64,000 bases of DNA from Patellaria atrata CBS 101060. Lineage: Eukaryota. Where the stretch lies: assembly GCA_010093705.1 (NCBI GenBank), contig MU006092.1, positions 1,134,350-1,198,349 on the forward strand, given 5' to 3'. This document shows positions 11,519 to 24,694 of the stretch, piece by piece (the stretch's first letter is position 1; every line of letters starts with the position of its first letter). The position numbers and the translations under genes are program-made. The notes beneath the pieces are model-generated. The model saw only the letters and a program-made list of their open reading frames with translations. It did no database searches and had not been told where the DNA came from.

Positions 11519-14394
11519 GTTGAGCGGGTTAGGATCCAGGATTGCGGCCATGGAGCGGCGGTAACCTACATACTTGATCACATAATGGAGATATAGAGGT
11601 AATCTGGGTACCGGCATGATTTCGACCCTTACCTAGCCGGCATTCATGTCACAATCTCCGCACCGAAAAAACCGAGACACGGCTTATCATAACGTCTCTA
11701 CTCAGACCTATGTCGGGATGCATAACGCTCCCTCGATGACCAATATTATATCCTCGCGTATCGATTCAGTACATCTCGATCTAATGATCTATGACTATCT
11801 GGTGGCTCTGTTCTTGGAAGCATCCTAGCATCCATCCTTAGCCGTTGGCACCTGATGAGAAGAGATTGAGGCTTTCAATAATACCATCACTGCACATCCT
11901 AGTGGTGGAGTTCTTAGGACCAAGTCTATCTGTTCCTCGATTGTGACAAGTCGTATCTGGACTGTTTTTCCCTCTACCTCGGCTCTCACCACTAACGCTG
12001 TTGAAGAATGAGGATTTCAGGAGTAGGTCCCTTATCCTATCAAGTAAAAGTTTCAAATACAGTCGCTTGGTCACATCACTTAGAAAAAATTGGATAGTAG
12101 GTGGGGCTATTTGCTACTCTAAGCGTCTCTATTTTACGTGAGTTTCAATATGGAATGAATATCCCGATAGGGTCTCGTTCTCAGTTCCTTTTTATCGAGG
12201 ATCATTATCACCAAGCGAGGGACGGGACAAAAATCGGAGACCTTCTATAAAGCAGCCTCCCCGAGAACGCCCGCCGTAGCTCACGGCACGAAAACCGTCA
12301 GACTTATGGTTGGCTCCAATCTGGTGTGGGGGCTTCAACAAGGACCTTTAGTGTCTGTGGCTGCATTATGCACTGCACGCTCCACCGTGTAAGGCGCATC
12401 TACAGCAGAAGCATACAAGAATGACCCGAACCGTATGAGGAGGCGCATTCATTGATGCTTCTCTTACCCCACGGAAATGCAATAGATGTGGGTCTATATC
12501 TCTCATGGGATGATCGTTGTTGATGTTAAGTCAGTAGCATATCGCACCCCTTGCTTGGTACTACGTACAGCTTGATTAACGAACGGTACCTGGGCGAAAG
12601 TACGCAAACCAGCAGCGCTTCAGTTCAACCCGGTGAGAAGCTATGCTGAAGCGATTCAAGCGAACCGCATGTGAGGTCCCGGATAGGTGCGAGTCATCTC
12701 CCCGTCTAAACTTATTGGTCCTCTGTGCAGATGTGACCTGTCAGATTCATACCCCGGCTCTCGATATGTAGATCTTGGTTGTTAGATTGTCGAGACTAGG
12801 GTGTACCTTATTTCCACGACCTGAGAAAAAATTGTTAGCTGATGTTCAGAGGCGTTTATAGTATGGAGATGTCGAGTCTACTCGTCTCCCCATATGGATC
12901 AGTAAAACTTTGCTTGCCGATACACTTTCCGATATCTCACACATCCAGAATCTGAGCTTTAGTTCCAGTATATGTTCCTTGGCTCTACTTCAGGTCAGAT
13001 CGCGCTCTCTCTGTGGTACTGGACACTTGGAAAGAGTTTGAATGTTATTCAATCAAAATCTCGCGATTATCGTCCAGAGCGTGATGAAGGTGGTTTTAAC
13101 AATGGGAGACGACTACCAGGGCCGTCCGATGAAAGCTTGTTTCCCTAGTTGTGCGATAGTAATGTTATGGACTCAGTAGTGGATACATATACAGTGATTC
13201 ATATACAATATCGGATATTGCTGACTTGGTGGAGCAGTTGCCGTAAACCAGCGACATCTCCTGCAAGGTGCGTGTCAGGTTAATAGCAGATTTTCCCCTC
13301 TCTCATACTTCAATCTCAATCTATTAGCTGCATTAAGCCCCGTCAGAACACATTCATCTACTGTTAGGAGTATTCCCGTCACAAACGGTGTGGGACTCAC
13401 CGTGGCGATGTAAGACAAGCGAACTTCGTCTACCTAGAGCGATTCGTTCTTGAGTATGGCAAACACCACGATCGGCCTCAAGATCAGCTACGCCACAGAT
13501 ATCTGTACACTGTATCTACACCCGTTTCATCTTTAAGTATTCTCTCATCTAGATGTCCTGCATGAAACGCACAGCAATGATATCAAGTCTACGCAACAAA
13601 GGAAGTGAGGTTCATGGAGATCACATCCCGGATGAGTGGGCTTTAAAGTCCTTCCTAATTCAGATGCTACCTAAACTAAGTATACTTATCGTGGAAGCAA
13701 GATTTACACATTACCCCAATATGACTGTACAGCACATGACGAGTCCCTTGGGACATATGCAACCTGGACCCATTGCCTTCATATTCCCCTCCCCGTACAG
13801 TACGCTGGAAATGACTGATCCCTGGAAGCACAATATTTAATAATAAGGAAAAAGTAAAAGGAAGAATGAAGAACGGTACACGAGAAAATATGACCTAGAA
13901 TAGAAAATAAGGAAATGACACAGTAGTTGTGTCTTCATAATCGGTCGATGGAGAAAAAAACACAGCAAAGAACAATAAGTACTTAAGGAATGTCTGAAGG
14001 AAATCAAAGCACAACCATGCCAAATGCAGCATACCCCATCATATCCCATGATTCTTTTCCCATCCCTTGACCGTCTATCGAGACTTTTAGTTCCCTTCGT
14101 TGCCGGCCATGCTGATGAATGCTAGTCGTGATGTCGTGAATCGTGACCCAAGTCCTGAAATGATCCCATGAGGGAAGTGAAAATCGTTGAGAAAATCCAT
14201 CTTCGCAGTCCAGACCACCCGTAGATCCAAAAGAAACAGGAAGATGACACATAATGAAAGGAAAAAAACGCAGAAAGAATACCAAAAGAAATCACAGGCC
14301 ATCCTCCACAAAGTCACACATTCTAATCTCCCCATTTCTCTACCCTTTTTCTCTCGTCCTACACCTCAGACATCCTTCATGCTTCTCTCAATCC

Positions 14395-16333
14395 TCACAT
14401 CAAACACCCACCAGCCCCGTCCCCAGCACCCCCGAACCCCCCAAACCCACCGGTCCCCTCCCACTGCGGCGTCACCGGCTCCTCGCCACCGCTCCCACTC
14501 CCGCTCTCAGTGCTATCATAGAACAAACCCCCCTTCGCCATCTCCATGTCGAACGGGAAGATATGCTGTTCCTGCTCATCCGGGGTATTAGGCGCGGTCG
14601 ACGGCGTCGTCTCAAACCACTGATTCCCATCCAAACCCTGCTGTACGAGCTGCTGATTCTGCGCATACGCCCTGGCGTGATTCGAATTCGGATAGCGCAG
14701 CGAATGAGCCTGAAACGGCAACTGCGAGGACGAAAAAGCGGGACTGTTCGTATGTGTCGACGTCGGGGTGTAGGAAGGTGTGAAAGAGGCGTGATCGAGG
14801 AAATACGGCGAGCTGGTGCGTGAGAAGTGCAAATCCGTCGTCGATGGTGACTGCGGCGTGCTTTGGCCCTCGATGACCTCGTCCCCCTCCATCCACACGC
14901 CCAACTCCGGATACAAGCCCGGGGGAACGTTTCCGAGTTCCCGCTTGTAGGTCGGCGAGCCGTACCCGCTGCTCCTGACGCTGTCGCGGGAGTAGCCGCT
15001 CACGCCTAGCCCGATAGGGAGGTTTGGTCGTAGCCGTTCAAGCCGCTCGCTGCGGCGCAGTTTGGCGCTCTTTTTGCTCATTTGGCCGCCTTTTGCGCCG
15101 GAGGCTTGGCGGATCGATGAGGGGTGTGTGGCGCGGGCGCGCTTGTTGGGACATTTGGAGCGGTAGCGGGTTGTGGATTTGACGCCTTCTTTTAGCGCTT
15201 CGGGCGTGAGGCGCCACATGAAGCCTTTCTTTGCTTCTTCGCCGGGGGGTTGGTCGACTTTCTGGAAGGCCTGGTGGGGAGTTAGTGGGGGATGTATGGG
15301 AATAGGATGAAGAAAAGCGGGAAAGAGGAGGTAAGGGGTACTGAAAGGGTGGTAGTTGGCGGAGATAGGGGATTTGACAATTGAAAGAGGGTGGGGGAGT
15401 GTTCTTGTGGCTACTTACTCCATTCATACTCAGATTATGCCTGATACTATTCTGCCACCCCTTACTCTCCTTGTTGCTCGCTTTATCCGTGTTCTCCATG
15501 AACCAGGCATAGATATCCTTCAGGACCATAGTATGGCCGGGCGTCTCCTTCAGCGCTCTGAAAATGAGTTTCGCATACGGCTCATCCTTTTCACTCGCCG
15601 CAGTGCCTTCTCTGTGGTAGCCATCCCTACCTACCGGGAGGCGAGGAGGTTCAGTTTCCGTAGATGCTAGGGGTGTGCTGGTGCTGGAGCGGAAGAAACT
15701 CGAGGGTCCATTACTGAGGAGATCGTACTCACTAGGCGAAGAGACGGAACTATCGTAGCAGTAGTCGTCGAAGCCGATTCCTTGATTCATACCTAGCTGG
15801 GACGAGGTCGGGTATGAGGCGTACTCATAGTGTTTCGGTGGAGTGATGTCGTAGGCAGCTGGGGGATAGGCCTTGGGTCCGTTGTCCATAGATGACATGA
15901 CATCGACTCCGGTATAGCGAGGTGAGTCATCTTCTTGGGGGAAGCCTAAGGGGAATGCTGCAGAGAGTGAAATGCTGGATGGATAGCCTTGAGGGTGGGA
16001 ATTTTGGTACAGATCTAAAGAACTGAACGAATTCGGTTGTGAAGTTTGGTAACTAAGGCTGTTGTGTTGAAAAGATTGATATTCTGGATTTGAGGGCCAC
16101 TGATGTGATGGACTTCCCATCAGGAATTGCTGTTGCTGGTGCTCAACTTTCATATTTGCTTGTGAGTATGGAGGCGTACTGGATGGTATGGGGGATGGTG
16201 GTGGCATGTTTAGGTTTGTAGTTGCTACAGTTGAGTTTGACGAAGCAAATTCTGGGCTTTTACTACTCGGGAGACTTCTAGGAGAAACACAATTCGGGCT
16301 AGTAGAGGGGTGAGGCGGATCGGGCTGAGTCAT
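14395..16333 (-). CDS. Forkhead (winged-helix) transcription factor
   Basis: EPYAKLIFRAL...GWQNSIRHNLSMNG|AFQKV...GFMWRLT. Exons 16333-15419 and 15270-14395. Start codon inferred. Confidence 0.9.
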
Positions 16334-17658
16334 GACAATGAGTTGTCTTAACTGGGCGATGCGTAGATGGGGAGATAGATCTATGATGTTGCAATTAGGT
16401 GCTGTCACCTATTACTGTGATACGCTGCGGTAGGCGGGAGCGGCAAGCAGATGGAACGAACTGGTAGATAGGAAAGTAGAAGCAGGAAATGAAGCGACTG
16501 GTGAGACATAAGAACTGAAGGGGACAAAACTCCATTGGGCGCTCTACGTCCAGTGTCATCTGAAAGCCGGCTGCCAGCACAGATAGGTCTGCTGCAGCGT
16601 GCAGTGAAGAAAGGTAGCAAACAGCAGCTTGGATATTGCTCGTTGCCTGGAAGTCCCAAGAGGAGTAGGACAATCCTCTCATCAAAATCCAAAGCTAAAG
16701 AAAATGCTGCAACAAATGCAGGCTACGCCATGCATGCTGATTGGCACGGCCACCGAACAAAGCATTTTTCAGAATTGTGATCAGACCGTCTCACAAGCCA
16801 TCACAAAGAGCAGCAGCCTAAGACTGATTTTCTAAGTTTTGGACAGGGGTATAACGGCAACGTGCATCGGGGTCTTTGTATGAAAGCCAACCAAGCTGCA
16901 GGCTGCCGGACGGCGAGCGACATGGAGTTTCGGATCGTTGGTTAATTCTATGTCATTTCTAGAATTTAAGCTTGATGGATCTGCACCACATCTGAGTGTT
17001 ATACCTGTGGGACCGCGCAGCCAACAGTTCCTGAGAATTTGGCGATATGATAGAAAGGGATGAGGTTAGTAGAGGGACGAGGGGGCATCTCTTCCCTCTG
17101 GAGAAAGTACTGGACTGACGACAAAGGGAATTCACGCTGTTGTACAACGGTTTGTCTTGGTCAAACCAGCATTTTAGCAGCACAACCGCACGTGGAAGCA
17201 CAGCTATTGGCCACAGCCTTGTAGACGATTTGGGTATTAGTGCTAGTGTTCAGGCAGTGTCAAGATCTGGTCGGATATTGGGATGCACAACGCATGCAAC
17301 CTGAGAACATGTAGATCTTCAGAACCGAGGTATTGATAGATTAGGGATAACGTTTCCGTACCCTATCCCGTGGGCATAGCTGTTCACCGGCCCGTCAAGC
17401 ATTTTGGGACCCGTCTCCTCACCGACACCACTGTGGAGGTTCGTCGTGTCGCGCAATCTATGCATACTGGACCGTTGACGTTATTATATAGGATACTGGT
17501 CCGTAACTTTCGGTGGGCCTGCTCTTCCTAGAACTGCATACGTTCTGAAAGCACAGCATTATCGGTTGAGCATCTCAATTAGGTAGTCCCCGAATAGCTC
17601 CCACGCGATCATCCATCTAATTGAGGGACATTCGTGCCTACATCGACCATTCTGATAA

Positions 17659-19521
17659 TCACTTTCGGTAATATATCTATACGCTATTAGCTTCCCCTCA
17701 TTGCCCTGAAACTTGTACTACAGTGTTTATGCGGGACGAATTATCGCGTACCTTTTTAAACTGGAAATGGAGTTGTAGTATGCCCTGAAATTGAAAAGGT
17801 TAGCAGGCTGTACTAGACCATTATTTCAACGACGAATGACGACGGATAGCATAAGTATTCTTCTCTTCTTCTATCTCACTCACCTTATCGAAACTGCTTT
17901 TGAAACCTCTGTCACGGCGACTGGAAAAATCCCATTCCTTATCAACAATCCGAAAGGCTATATCTTCATACGGTGGGCCAGCGATAAACCGAATCAAGCA
18001 AGTATCCTCTTCACCGGCCGGTGCGAAAGATTGACCGCGTTTTCGCCCGCCTTCTCGTTCGATGCGATAAGTGGGTGCTTTGGTTTTATCGATAAGATCA
18101 GGATAGAAGATGTTAAATTTGTAACCTTGCACAACTTTTGGGGGTGGGTTTTCGTGATCATAATGGGTCTGGTTGTACTTGTTCCATTCATATCCCATCT
18201 GCACCCGATTGAAGTATCTCGGTTTCCTTGGTCGATACTTACCAGACCATTGTACTTTACTGGCCGTTGTTACTTCTTCTTCGCCTGCAAAAATTTCCTC
18301 GTCTTCATTGACTCCTCGGGCAACTTCACGCTCGTACAAGGCAGTGGTCGCCTGTGAGAAGTCGTCATTTTTTGACGCTGCGAAACGACTAGTGCTTTGG
18401 GAAGTATCATGAGGTCTAACTGATAATGTTGTCGTTGATGTCTCGGCTGTCTTCTGCTGTCGCATAGGAATATAACCCAACTTTGAGATTTTGCGACGTT
18501 CTTCTGACTACGAGATAATGTTAGAATCTGATCACTGTAAAATATACTTTCAAGAACTTACGATTCTTTCTAAAAATGTCTTCTCATCCAATTGTTCCAG
18601 TGATTTATCTTCCGAGTGAAGCTTCAAAGACGGTTCGGGGTCAAGACTTTGGTCATACGTTACTTTGGTGGGAGGCTCCTCAGCGTGGGACAAACCGTTG
18701 AGCGCAACCTCGCCGCGTGGGTGAGAACCTAGAATTGATTCTAGTTTATTTTTAACAGAAATAGCCTCGTCCTGCTGTTGTTTTCGCAAAGTCTCTAGTC
18801 GACTGTTTACGATAGCTTGTGAGACCTTCCGTAACTTAGCCTTAGCTTTCCAAACCAACAGGCTGCGCAAGAGATGTTCCCAATAATCAACATCAATAGG
18901 TTCATTGGAATCTAATTTTCGCCTTATTTGGTTTTCTAGCGCCTCGAGCTCTTCATACGTCTTCGGACTTAGAATGCGATCGACATCCGCGGTCACTGAG
19001 CTTACGCCACGAGCTTCCGGGGCGGTATTTTGTAACTTTAGGCGGCGATCCTTACATATTATCTTCATAGTCTAGAATGATTTAACAATATATTCTCCAC
19101 GGGACCGAGGGAATTGACCTACATTCCAGTAGTCCAAATTACCCCTGCTACTCTCTAGTGCAATATATGTGTCTATATCCTTTTCCAAATCGGCTAGCTG
19201 TGAGTCCTCGAGTTCTTCAAAGACTCCTTCTGGGTCAATAACCTCTAAATCTTGATCTTCGTCATCTTCATCTAAATCCTCCTTGCTTTGATCTATCAGA
19301 CACAAAGTAACGGCAAGCCAATCGATGGGTCTTGCTCTCCCTGCTTTAACACGTATGGCTGCCTTCTTTTTCGCCTGATTTAAAACGAAACGATCCTCAT
19401 CAGCGATCCATGCTGCTTCTTGTGTATCTGCAGACCGCTTGGCGGGAACGGTAGAAGGTGGAGGTCGCGATGGTCGTCCCTCTGCATGCGCACGCCAAGG
19501 TGGAGGGTTCTTACTAGCCAT
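17659..19521 (-). CDS. Cactin (spliceosome-associated factor)
   Basis: EDRFVLNQAKKKAAIRVKAGRARPIDWL, and KYRPRKPRYFNRVQMGYEWNKYNQTHYD..NPPPKVVQGYKFNIFYPDLID. Five exons ending LQLHFQFKK|IYYRK*. Start at 19521 inferred. Confidence 0.93.
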
Positions 19522-19728
19522 TCCGCGATTTCGTAGGCTATGAGATGAATGTGAGTTCGATGAAGTTGCAGTTCTAGGTTTGATCTCAATCGTAGTTGAT
19601 ATCCGCCGTGATGTGGATTTTAAGAGGTTGAATACCTTGTTAAGGGTCTGCTTTTTGTATGAGCGGAAAACCTCCGTGAGCCGACGCGACTTCCTGGACC
19701 CAACTTCGTCCATCACCCACTTTCTCTT

Positions 19729-21442
19729 ATGGACGCGACTTGGACGCCTCTTGACCTTTACGGCGGTCCTAATAGAGTGCCGCAGCTGTTCATCAGCTAC
19801 TCTTTCACTACAACTACCTACTCAATCTTCGTGACTGATTTAACTTCAATATGGGGAGAGCATCTGCAAAAACAACAAATAAACGCAAGAGCTGTGGAAC
19901 AAGACACAAGTATTGATCCTACCGAAGATTGCGGTCGCCAGATGAGACTGTTCTTAAACACTATCAAGCAAGCGCTTGATAATGGAAAGGGAACAGAACG
20001 ATATATTTCTCGCGCGAAAGATTCTGAGGGTTTCTTCCTCATTACTACAACTCCAGTTCAAGGTTCCAGTGCTCTCAAATGGCGATTCCGCTTGATGCCT
20101 CTACCTCAACATATATTAAGCCAGCACCTTATCCTGCCGCTTCTAGAAACCGCTTGGGATCGTAAAAATAATGTTGATAACCTCATCCAGAACCTCAAGG
20201 ACAAAGATCACGTGATCACAAAACTCCTTGATACACTTGATCAAGCCGGTTTGGATATCAGTGAAGCATTTCCCAGTGCTATACAGCGTAAGAGTTCGAA
20301 GAAGGTTAATGCTCGAGAAGCGGCCGGTCAACATGTCAGGGGTCTGGCCGTCTTTGACGAAGCAAGTTGGCGTAGTACTTCGGACGCTGTGTCTGGAGCA
20401 GAATACTCATTGGGGGCCGTCGTACAGCAAATAGCAATAAAGCCTCAAGGTTCGGAGGACACAATTTTTTCCCATGGATGTGAAAGTCACGTTGGCTGGC
20501 CTGACAGGCTTGAGAACTTTTCACCAACTGCTACCCGTAGTTCACCAGCAACTCCAGCTAGAGCCGAATCATCATCCAGTCCAATTTCTACTAATGGCAC
20601 TAAAGAGGACTTTTCGACACAGGATGAAGATGATGAGGTTGAGGTATGCTTTCTCTTTCGTCCGCTTAAGTCATACATATGATTGATGATACTCCAAGCG
20701 GCAACCCACACCCCCTTTCAAGAAGCGGCGTCGAGGGGCTGCGAATCCAGAATCTGAATCGAAAGTTGATAGTGGCCCTCCTTCTGCCCAGGAGAAAGCT
20801 GATGAAACAACTCATGATGATTTAGATGAACCTAGCATTCCAACCCTGAGGCGCCCTCGCACTCCATCTGTCGAGCGTACCTCACCTGCATCCTCCACAT
20901 CACAAACTTTATCAGCATTGGAGCCCAGTCAACCCAGGAGGAAACTTGGAAAAATAGGAGGCTCAAAGATCGTAGGAAAACGGAGCATTAGAAATGATGA
21001 TCTAAACGAAACAGACGACGATGACCTAAACAAGAGCCCTCCCTCGAAAAGCATACTTGTCTCATCAAAACCTGCACGGAAAGTAAAATTTGGGACTATC
21101 GGTGGCCGTAAAGCAGCTACCAGTCATGAACCACAATCCTCAGTCGAAAGTGTAACGGCCTCCCCTTCTAGAAGGGCGATCGGTAAGATAGGTGGAGCAA
21201 GGCTTAAGGGTCCCCTCAGCACAGCTTCACCTTCTCCTGAGCCCAGTATCAATAGTCCTAGCCGTAACACTCATGTTCCAGCCCTATCAAACCTACGGGC
21301 GTCAGAAGCAGCGACCTCCCAGCGGGATCCAACACCCCCAGAGGAGAACACCCAAGAGAGAGTGAATAGACGAAGACGGGAGTTAGAACAAGAGCTCGAG
21401 CGGAAGCGTGCCGCACCCCCCAAGAAGAAGAGACGGTTTTGA
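19729..21442 (+). CDS. XLF/Cernunnos (Nej1) NHEJ factor
   Basis: Head YSIFVTDLTSIWGE..., LKWRFRL, coiled coil LKDKDHVITKLLD, and basic C-terminus PPKKKRRF resembling the Ku-binding motif. Exons 19729-20643 and 20699-21442. Confidence 0.85.
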
Positions 21443-22133
21443 AATTTAGAAACTGTTAAAGAGATTTCAGCCTCAAACTTCTATATCTCAATCTGGGCTC
21501 TTGGAAACAAAAGGCAACATTTCAAGAAGATTCCCAATCTAAAACTCAAGAAGTGAAAATAGACATAGCATACAGTGCGAACCATACCCCTCTAGTGTGG
21601 ACTCTTTCGAGTGTACACCATCCACTTCCAGTCTCCTGTTCGAGGATCATAAGTTAAGATGATAAGGGCAAGCCGTATGAGTATCTTGTATTTGTAGTAA
21701 GGTACTGGCGCTACATTTTTGGTTACAATGATAGCCCTAATTGAGATTTGAGACACGGCTTGTCCTTATTTCACCAAATGATTTCCTTGCTTACTTTGAA
21801 TACAGAAGAGAATAGGTGTACACTTTTACTACTATATGATAGATACTATATAAATGTACAGTTATGAATCTGGTTGTCTCTTTTGGCCAAAAATGCTGCC
21901 TTTGCCCCTCTTACTCATCATCCATCAAGTTGTTTACGCTTGCTGTGCATATATTTAGATGCTATGAAGTCGCATTTATATCCAAACATCCATCATTTAT
22001 ACAGACGGGTCGATTGTACAGTCAAATAATCTTCGGAGAAGTCCTACAGTTTTGTATGCTCACGCGATTTTGTATAGTTCACTGATATCGGGCACCCATG
22101 CAATTCTCTATAGTCGATTACCGCGTACTATCT

Positions 22134-22259
22134 AGCAATCCCGTACAGTGTAGCAATTCCGTCCAATCCAGGAATTCCGTACAGTCTCTCGATTCCGTAC
22201 TGTTTAGCGATTCAGTACACTATATCGATTCTATACACTCTTCCGGCTCCGTACACTCC
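22134..22259. repeat. Degenerate 18-bp tandem repeat, ~7 copies
   Basis: Units such as AGCAATCCCGTACAGTGT / AGGAATTCCGTACAGTCT / CTCGATTCCGTACTGTTT / AGCGATTCAGTACACTAT. Confidence 0.75.
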
Positions 22260-23211
22260 AGTGATTTGTGGACTTCAGCAACTTCGTCCACTCCCACCTC
22301 TCGGTAGGTTCTTGTCCTCTAGTATAACTAACTCATATCGTGTTGTCGACTGTTTCATAATCTCTGGATGTTGGGAATACTTGACTCCTTTAGTTTAATT
22401 AATCCACTTCGTACAGTTCATCTATGTAGTATAGCCTGACAACGGTGCAGATTCAGACTGTATTTCATACTACGGTCAATTGGACAATCCGACCATTTCA
22501 ATGAGCGAAGTGTTAGTCCATCTCCTCTTTCGTTGAGTCTCGCTAAGCAAAAATCAGAGAGCAAATTGGCCTTAAGATACGGAAGAAGGGACCAAAACAA
22601 GGGATTGAAATGGTCTTATTATAAGGGAGGTATAATATACTCACCTAACTAAGGGGTATGAAGTGCTACGGTAGTGCAGTTCACTCGTAACTGAGTTTGA
22701 AAGGTATGACCAGCGCTGTAGGCATATTTCTATTTCCATAACCTTTATGAGAGTAATAGTTATTGAGATAACGAATCCGAGATATGCGAAGATAGTATCG
22801 TCTGTTCAGAATGTGGGATGTCATTGAGATGGCTTTGCCAAGAACCACGCCCGAAGCCACCGTTTCGAGGATTCGTAAGCTTCAACTTCAATTAATACTG
22901 TGTCTCAGGTGAAAATATGTCTGCCTGATCTCACAGTTGAACTCCCGTCTGGTAGACTACATGCATTACTTGGAATGAAATGAGCATACGCAGCTCACGC
23001 CGTTCGATACATCAGTAAACACCACCTACGCGTCTAATACGAAAGTCGTCGAGATGGGACAGGATAGCCTGCTCGACACTGCGATGCGGCAGTAGTGCAG
23101 TATACATATTTGATATTTCTATCGAGAAATGTCTGCTTGTCATAATTGAACTGTAGAGTTACTGACTCTTTCAATTATTGAAAACATCACATCTATCTAG
23201 TCTCCAAACCC

Positions 23212-24694
23212 ATGACAACAGGCAGGATGAAGGTCATCATTATCGGTGCTGGTATTAGTGGCCTCTCGACATATCTCTACCTCCGTAAACTTGTACCGTC
23301 GATCACGGATATTACTATCTACGAGTCTCATCGCCCTCGAACAACGTCGTCCCTCGAGTCCCAAAACTACGAAGACCTAAGTGCTTCTACCGCGATCGTG
23401 GGTGGTGGTCTGGGTGTAAGCCCGAATGGAATGTATGTTCTGAAGGACCTCGACCCGGAGATCTACACGGCAGTTATTGAACAGGGCTTTCTCTGCGACC
23501 ACTTTACGTTCAAGGGTGCAAACGGATGGACCTTATCCAAAGTACCTACGAATGATAAACGTCAAAAGGAAGGTGCTGGGCTTGAAAAATGTGTGAGCAG
23601 TAGTAGACATGGTGTCTGGCTCTGCTTGAAACGCAAGGTCCCGGACGAGGAAATAGTCTACAGGCGTGTCAGTGAAGTGGGAATCAGCGAGGATGGGAAG
23701 CCAGCGGTTAAATTTCAGGATGGATCTCCAGCAGTTATCGCAGATTTTGTCATCGGTGCTGATGGTGTTAAGAGCACAGTCCTGAAGGCAATCATGGGAG
23801 ACCAATATTCTGAAATATATGCACCCCATTACGAGTAGGTAAATCCCTTTGCCTACACCTAAGTATATCCTCACGAAGCTACTTGGACTAGGGGTCTCGC
23901 CGGAGTTGGTGGCTTTCTCAACGTAGACATTCCGTCGGAGATTCTCCAGGACAAAAGTATGATATTCACCTTTGGTGGAACTGGATTCTTCGGTTATGCA
24001 GCTCATGGTTCTCCTTCGAATAAGAGCCTGATGTGGTGGTCTACTTTCCAGGCCGATATAATGCCCGAACATGGAACCATCAATCTTGCCGATTATCGCA
24101 AGCAGCTTGTTGAACGACATGGCTACTGGAAGGACCCAGTCGTTCGAAAAGTGGTGGAGTTAGCAGAATTCGATACTGTGTATCCTACCTGGACCACGCC
24201 TGAGTTGCCGACATGGAGTGAGAACCGTGTGTTACTAATTGGGGATGCCGCCCATGCATTGCAGCCCACGAGTGGACAAGGTGTAAGTCAAGGATTAGAG
24301 GACTCCCAAACCCTTGCTCTACTCTTGGCGCACTACCTCTCTGATGCTTCTTTGAATGAAGAGGATGTCTTGAAGTGTACCGCCAAAGCTATGTATGATA
24401 TCAGGCATCCTCGAGTTACTTCCATTGCGAAGCAAGCGAGGAAGATTGACGGGAAGAAGATGAATCAAGGAGTATTCATTGAATATATGGTATACTTTAT
24501 CCTTTGGTTTGTACCCAAATGGCCAACACTTGGTACGTAAGATTCTCCTGATACTGCAGACTCATGACACACTAACTACTGGCGTCCCAGGCATGCTATT
24601 AATTGGTGATTCGATGAAGTTGCTCTATACTTGGAATGCCCAACATGAGGTCAAGAAGTATATTGAGAGCAGAAAAGACACGCCAGCTACGTAA
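23212..24694 (+). CDS. FAD-dependent monooxygenase (group A, salicylate hydroxylase-like)
   Basis: GAGISG Rossmann motif, IGADG and LIGDAAHALQPTSGQG. Exons 23212-23834, 23892-24532 and 24591-24694 (455 aa). Confidence 0.9.

Noticed and set aside
14187..14896. Antisense and alternate-frame ORFs over the forkhead 3' exon
   Set aside because: Shadow ORFs expected in GC-rich coding sequence.
22134..22259. CRISPR-like array
   Set aside because: Contiguous degenerate units with no unique spacers, no cas genes, and a eukaryotic context.
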